This document shows, in pieces, positions 63,087 to 64,000 of a stretch of DNA of 64,000 nt. Position 1 is the stretch's first letter. Each line of letters opens with the position of its first letter. The notes beneath the pieces were generated by a model. That model saw nothing but the letters and a program-made list of their open reading frames with translations, was not told where the DNA came from and made no database searches. The stretch covers positions 8,921-72,920 of the forward strand of contig JBEHWX010000014.1 of NCBI GenBank assembly GCA_048498995.1. The letters run 5' to 3'. The DNA is from Bacteroidota bacterium. GTDB taxonomy: Bacteria; Bacteroidota; Ignavibacteria; OLB7. Both the position numbers and the translations under genes were made by a program.

Positions 63087-63589
63087 CCGTGATCGAGGCT
63101 GTCCGCGCGCCGTCGCGCGGTCCGGAAGGAAGCGGCGTGCCCGGAGATGGCATGTCTTGCGGCTGCGCGCCTGGATTTTTCGCGGCTCGCCGTGGACGGC
63201 GTTGGCCATGTGCATGGAGAACGCCGGGCTTCGAGGAGCCGGTATAAAAAAATGCGCCGCATCCGGTTCACCACAACGACGGCCGCCGTATATTCGTGCC
63301 CATTCACGGCGCCACGCGCTTCACGCAATCGTTCGCGCCTCGAATTTTCAGCACCTCATCCCGATCGTCGGGTTTCCCGGGCGCCACGCCCGCCAGACTC
63401 CACCGCCGCCTCCTGACCACGGCGCGCACATGAGATATTCGATGCCGGCCCTTCACCGCCGGCGTGGGGAATAGCGGAGGGGAACGTCGGTCCAGTTGAA
63501 TGCGAGCATCAATGTCGCGACCGATGTCGGCAGCTCGCCGTTGAACGCCACAACCGAGTCAACTTTTCATACAACATTCGGGTACTCCG

Positions 63590-63946
63590 ATGCAAATCGA
63601 TTATCCATTCAAGCTGGACGGATTGGGGCGCACCACCCTCACCGACCAGAATGATCACATACGTGACATGATTGAACAGGTGCTTTTCACGACGCCCGGG
63701 GAGCGTGTGAATCGGCCGACCTTCGGCTGTGGGCTTCTGCAGCTCGTCTTCGGACCGAACAGCGATGAGCTCGCCACCACCACGCAGTTTCTCGTGCAGG
63801 GTGCGTTGCAGCAGTGGCTCGGTGACATCATCCAGCTTCAGCGCGTGGAGGTCAGCAGCCGTGACTCCCTGATCGAGGTGGTCGTGGCGTACGTGGTGCG
63901 CCGCACCCAGCAGAGCCAGGTCGCGAAAATCACACGGGAGGTCTGA
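63590..63946 (+). CDS. Baseplate wedge protein gp25/GPW family (Afp9-like)
   Basis: The sequence IRDMIEQVLFTTPGERVNRPTFGCGLLQLVFGPNSDE is the canonical GPW_gp25 motif. The product is 118 aa. Confidence 0.8.
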   Translation: MQIDYPFKLDGLGRTTLTDQNDHIRDMIEQVLFTTPGERVNRPTFGCGLLQLVFGPNSDELATTTQFLVQGALQQWLGDIIQLQRVEVSSRDSLIEVVVAYVVRRTQQSQVAKITREV

Positions 63947-63947
63947 T

Positions 63948-64000
63948 ATGACGGTACAAAATTTCTGTCCGAACGAGCGCCGTCGCGATCTGGTCAAATC
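63948..64000 (+). CDS. 5' end of the next baseplate gene (probably baseplate J/gp6-like), partial
   Basis: An ATG lies 2 nt after the gp25 stop (MTVQNFCPNERRRDLVK...). Its identity is inferred from gene order only. Confidence 0.3.
   Translation, partial: MTVQNFCPNERRRDLVK

Overview
This is a high-GC bacterial chromosomal window with four distinct neighbourhoods. (1) 1-5.2 kb is housekeeping: metK, ahcY, a CDF metal exporter and two tiny membrane proteins. (2) 5.2-23 kb holds a ~1,750-aa CheB-CheR-PAS-histidine kinase-receiver hybrid on the minus strand, then a tRNA-Ser(GCU) flanked by three decayed copies of its own 3' end plus terminator. After that comes a copper/redox island: a 1,885-aa secreted multicopper oxidase (MnxG/MofA-like), a YVTN beta-propeller protein, a tandem SCO1/SenC copper chaperone and a cytochrome c-periplasmic binding protein fusion. 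(3) 23-34.4 kb carries aroD-aroE, an acyl-CoA dehydrogenase, a membrane-LMW-PTP fusion, and a translationally coupled GT4 / PhyH dioxygenase / capsule-synthesis / GT / FMN-reductase operon. (4) 35.2-64 kb is the stand-out region. A LuxR-type regulator is followed by an extracellular-contractile-injection-system (eCIS/Afp/PVC-like) locus. Its organisation is very unusual: eight tandem phage-type tail sheath paralogues (37,044-50,555). Their N-terminal 'TYPGVYIEE' ends and ~370-nt 3' ends are almost identical at the DNA level, while the central domains are divergent. After the array come the tail tube, a Zn-ribbon protein, a 513-aa disordered protein, a DUF4255-like cap, an AAA+ ATPase, a tube-initiator-like protein, a LysM/tail-X protein, a gpD-like hub, a gpV spike, a PAAR-like protein, an Lgt-like polytopic membrane protein, gp25 and the start of a baseplate J-like gene. 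No capsid, terminase or integrase genes are present. The sheath cassette array and the membrane protein embedded in the baseplate operon are the most novel signals. All calls were made by eye from the sequence; no searches were run.
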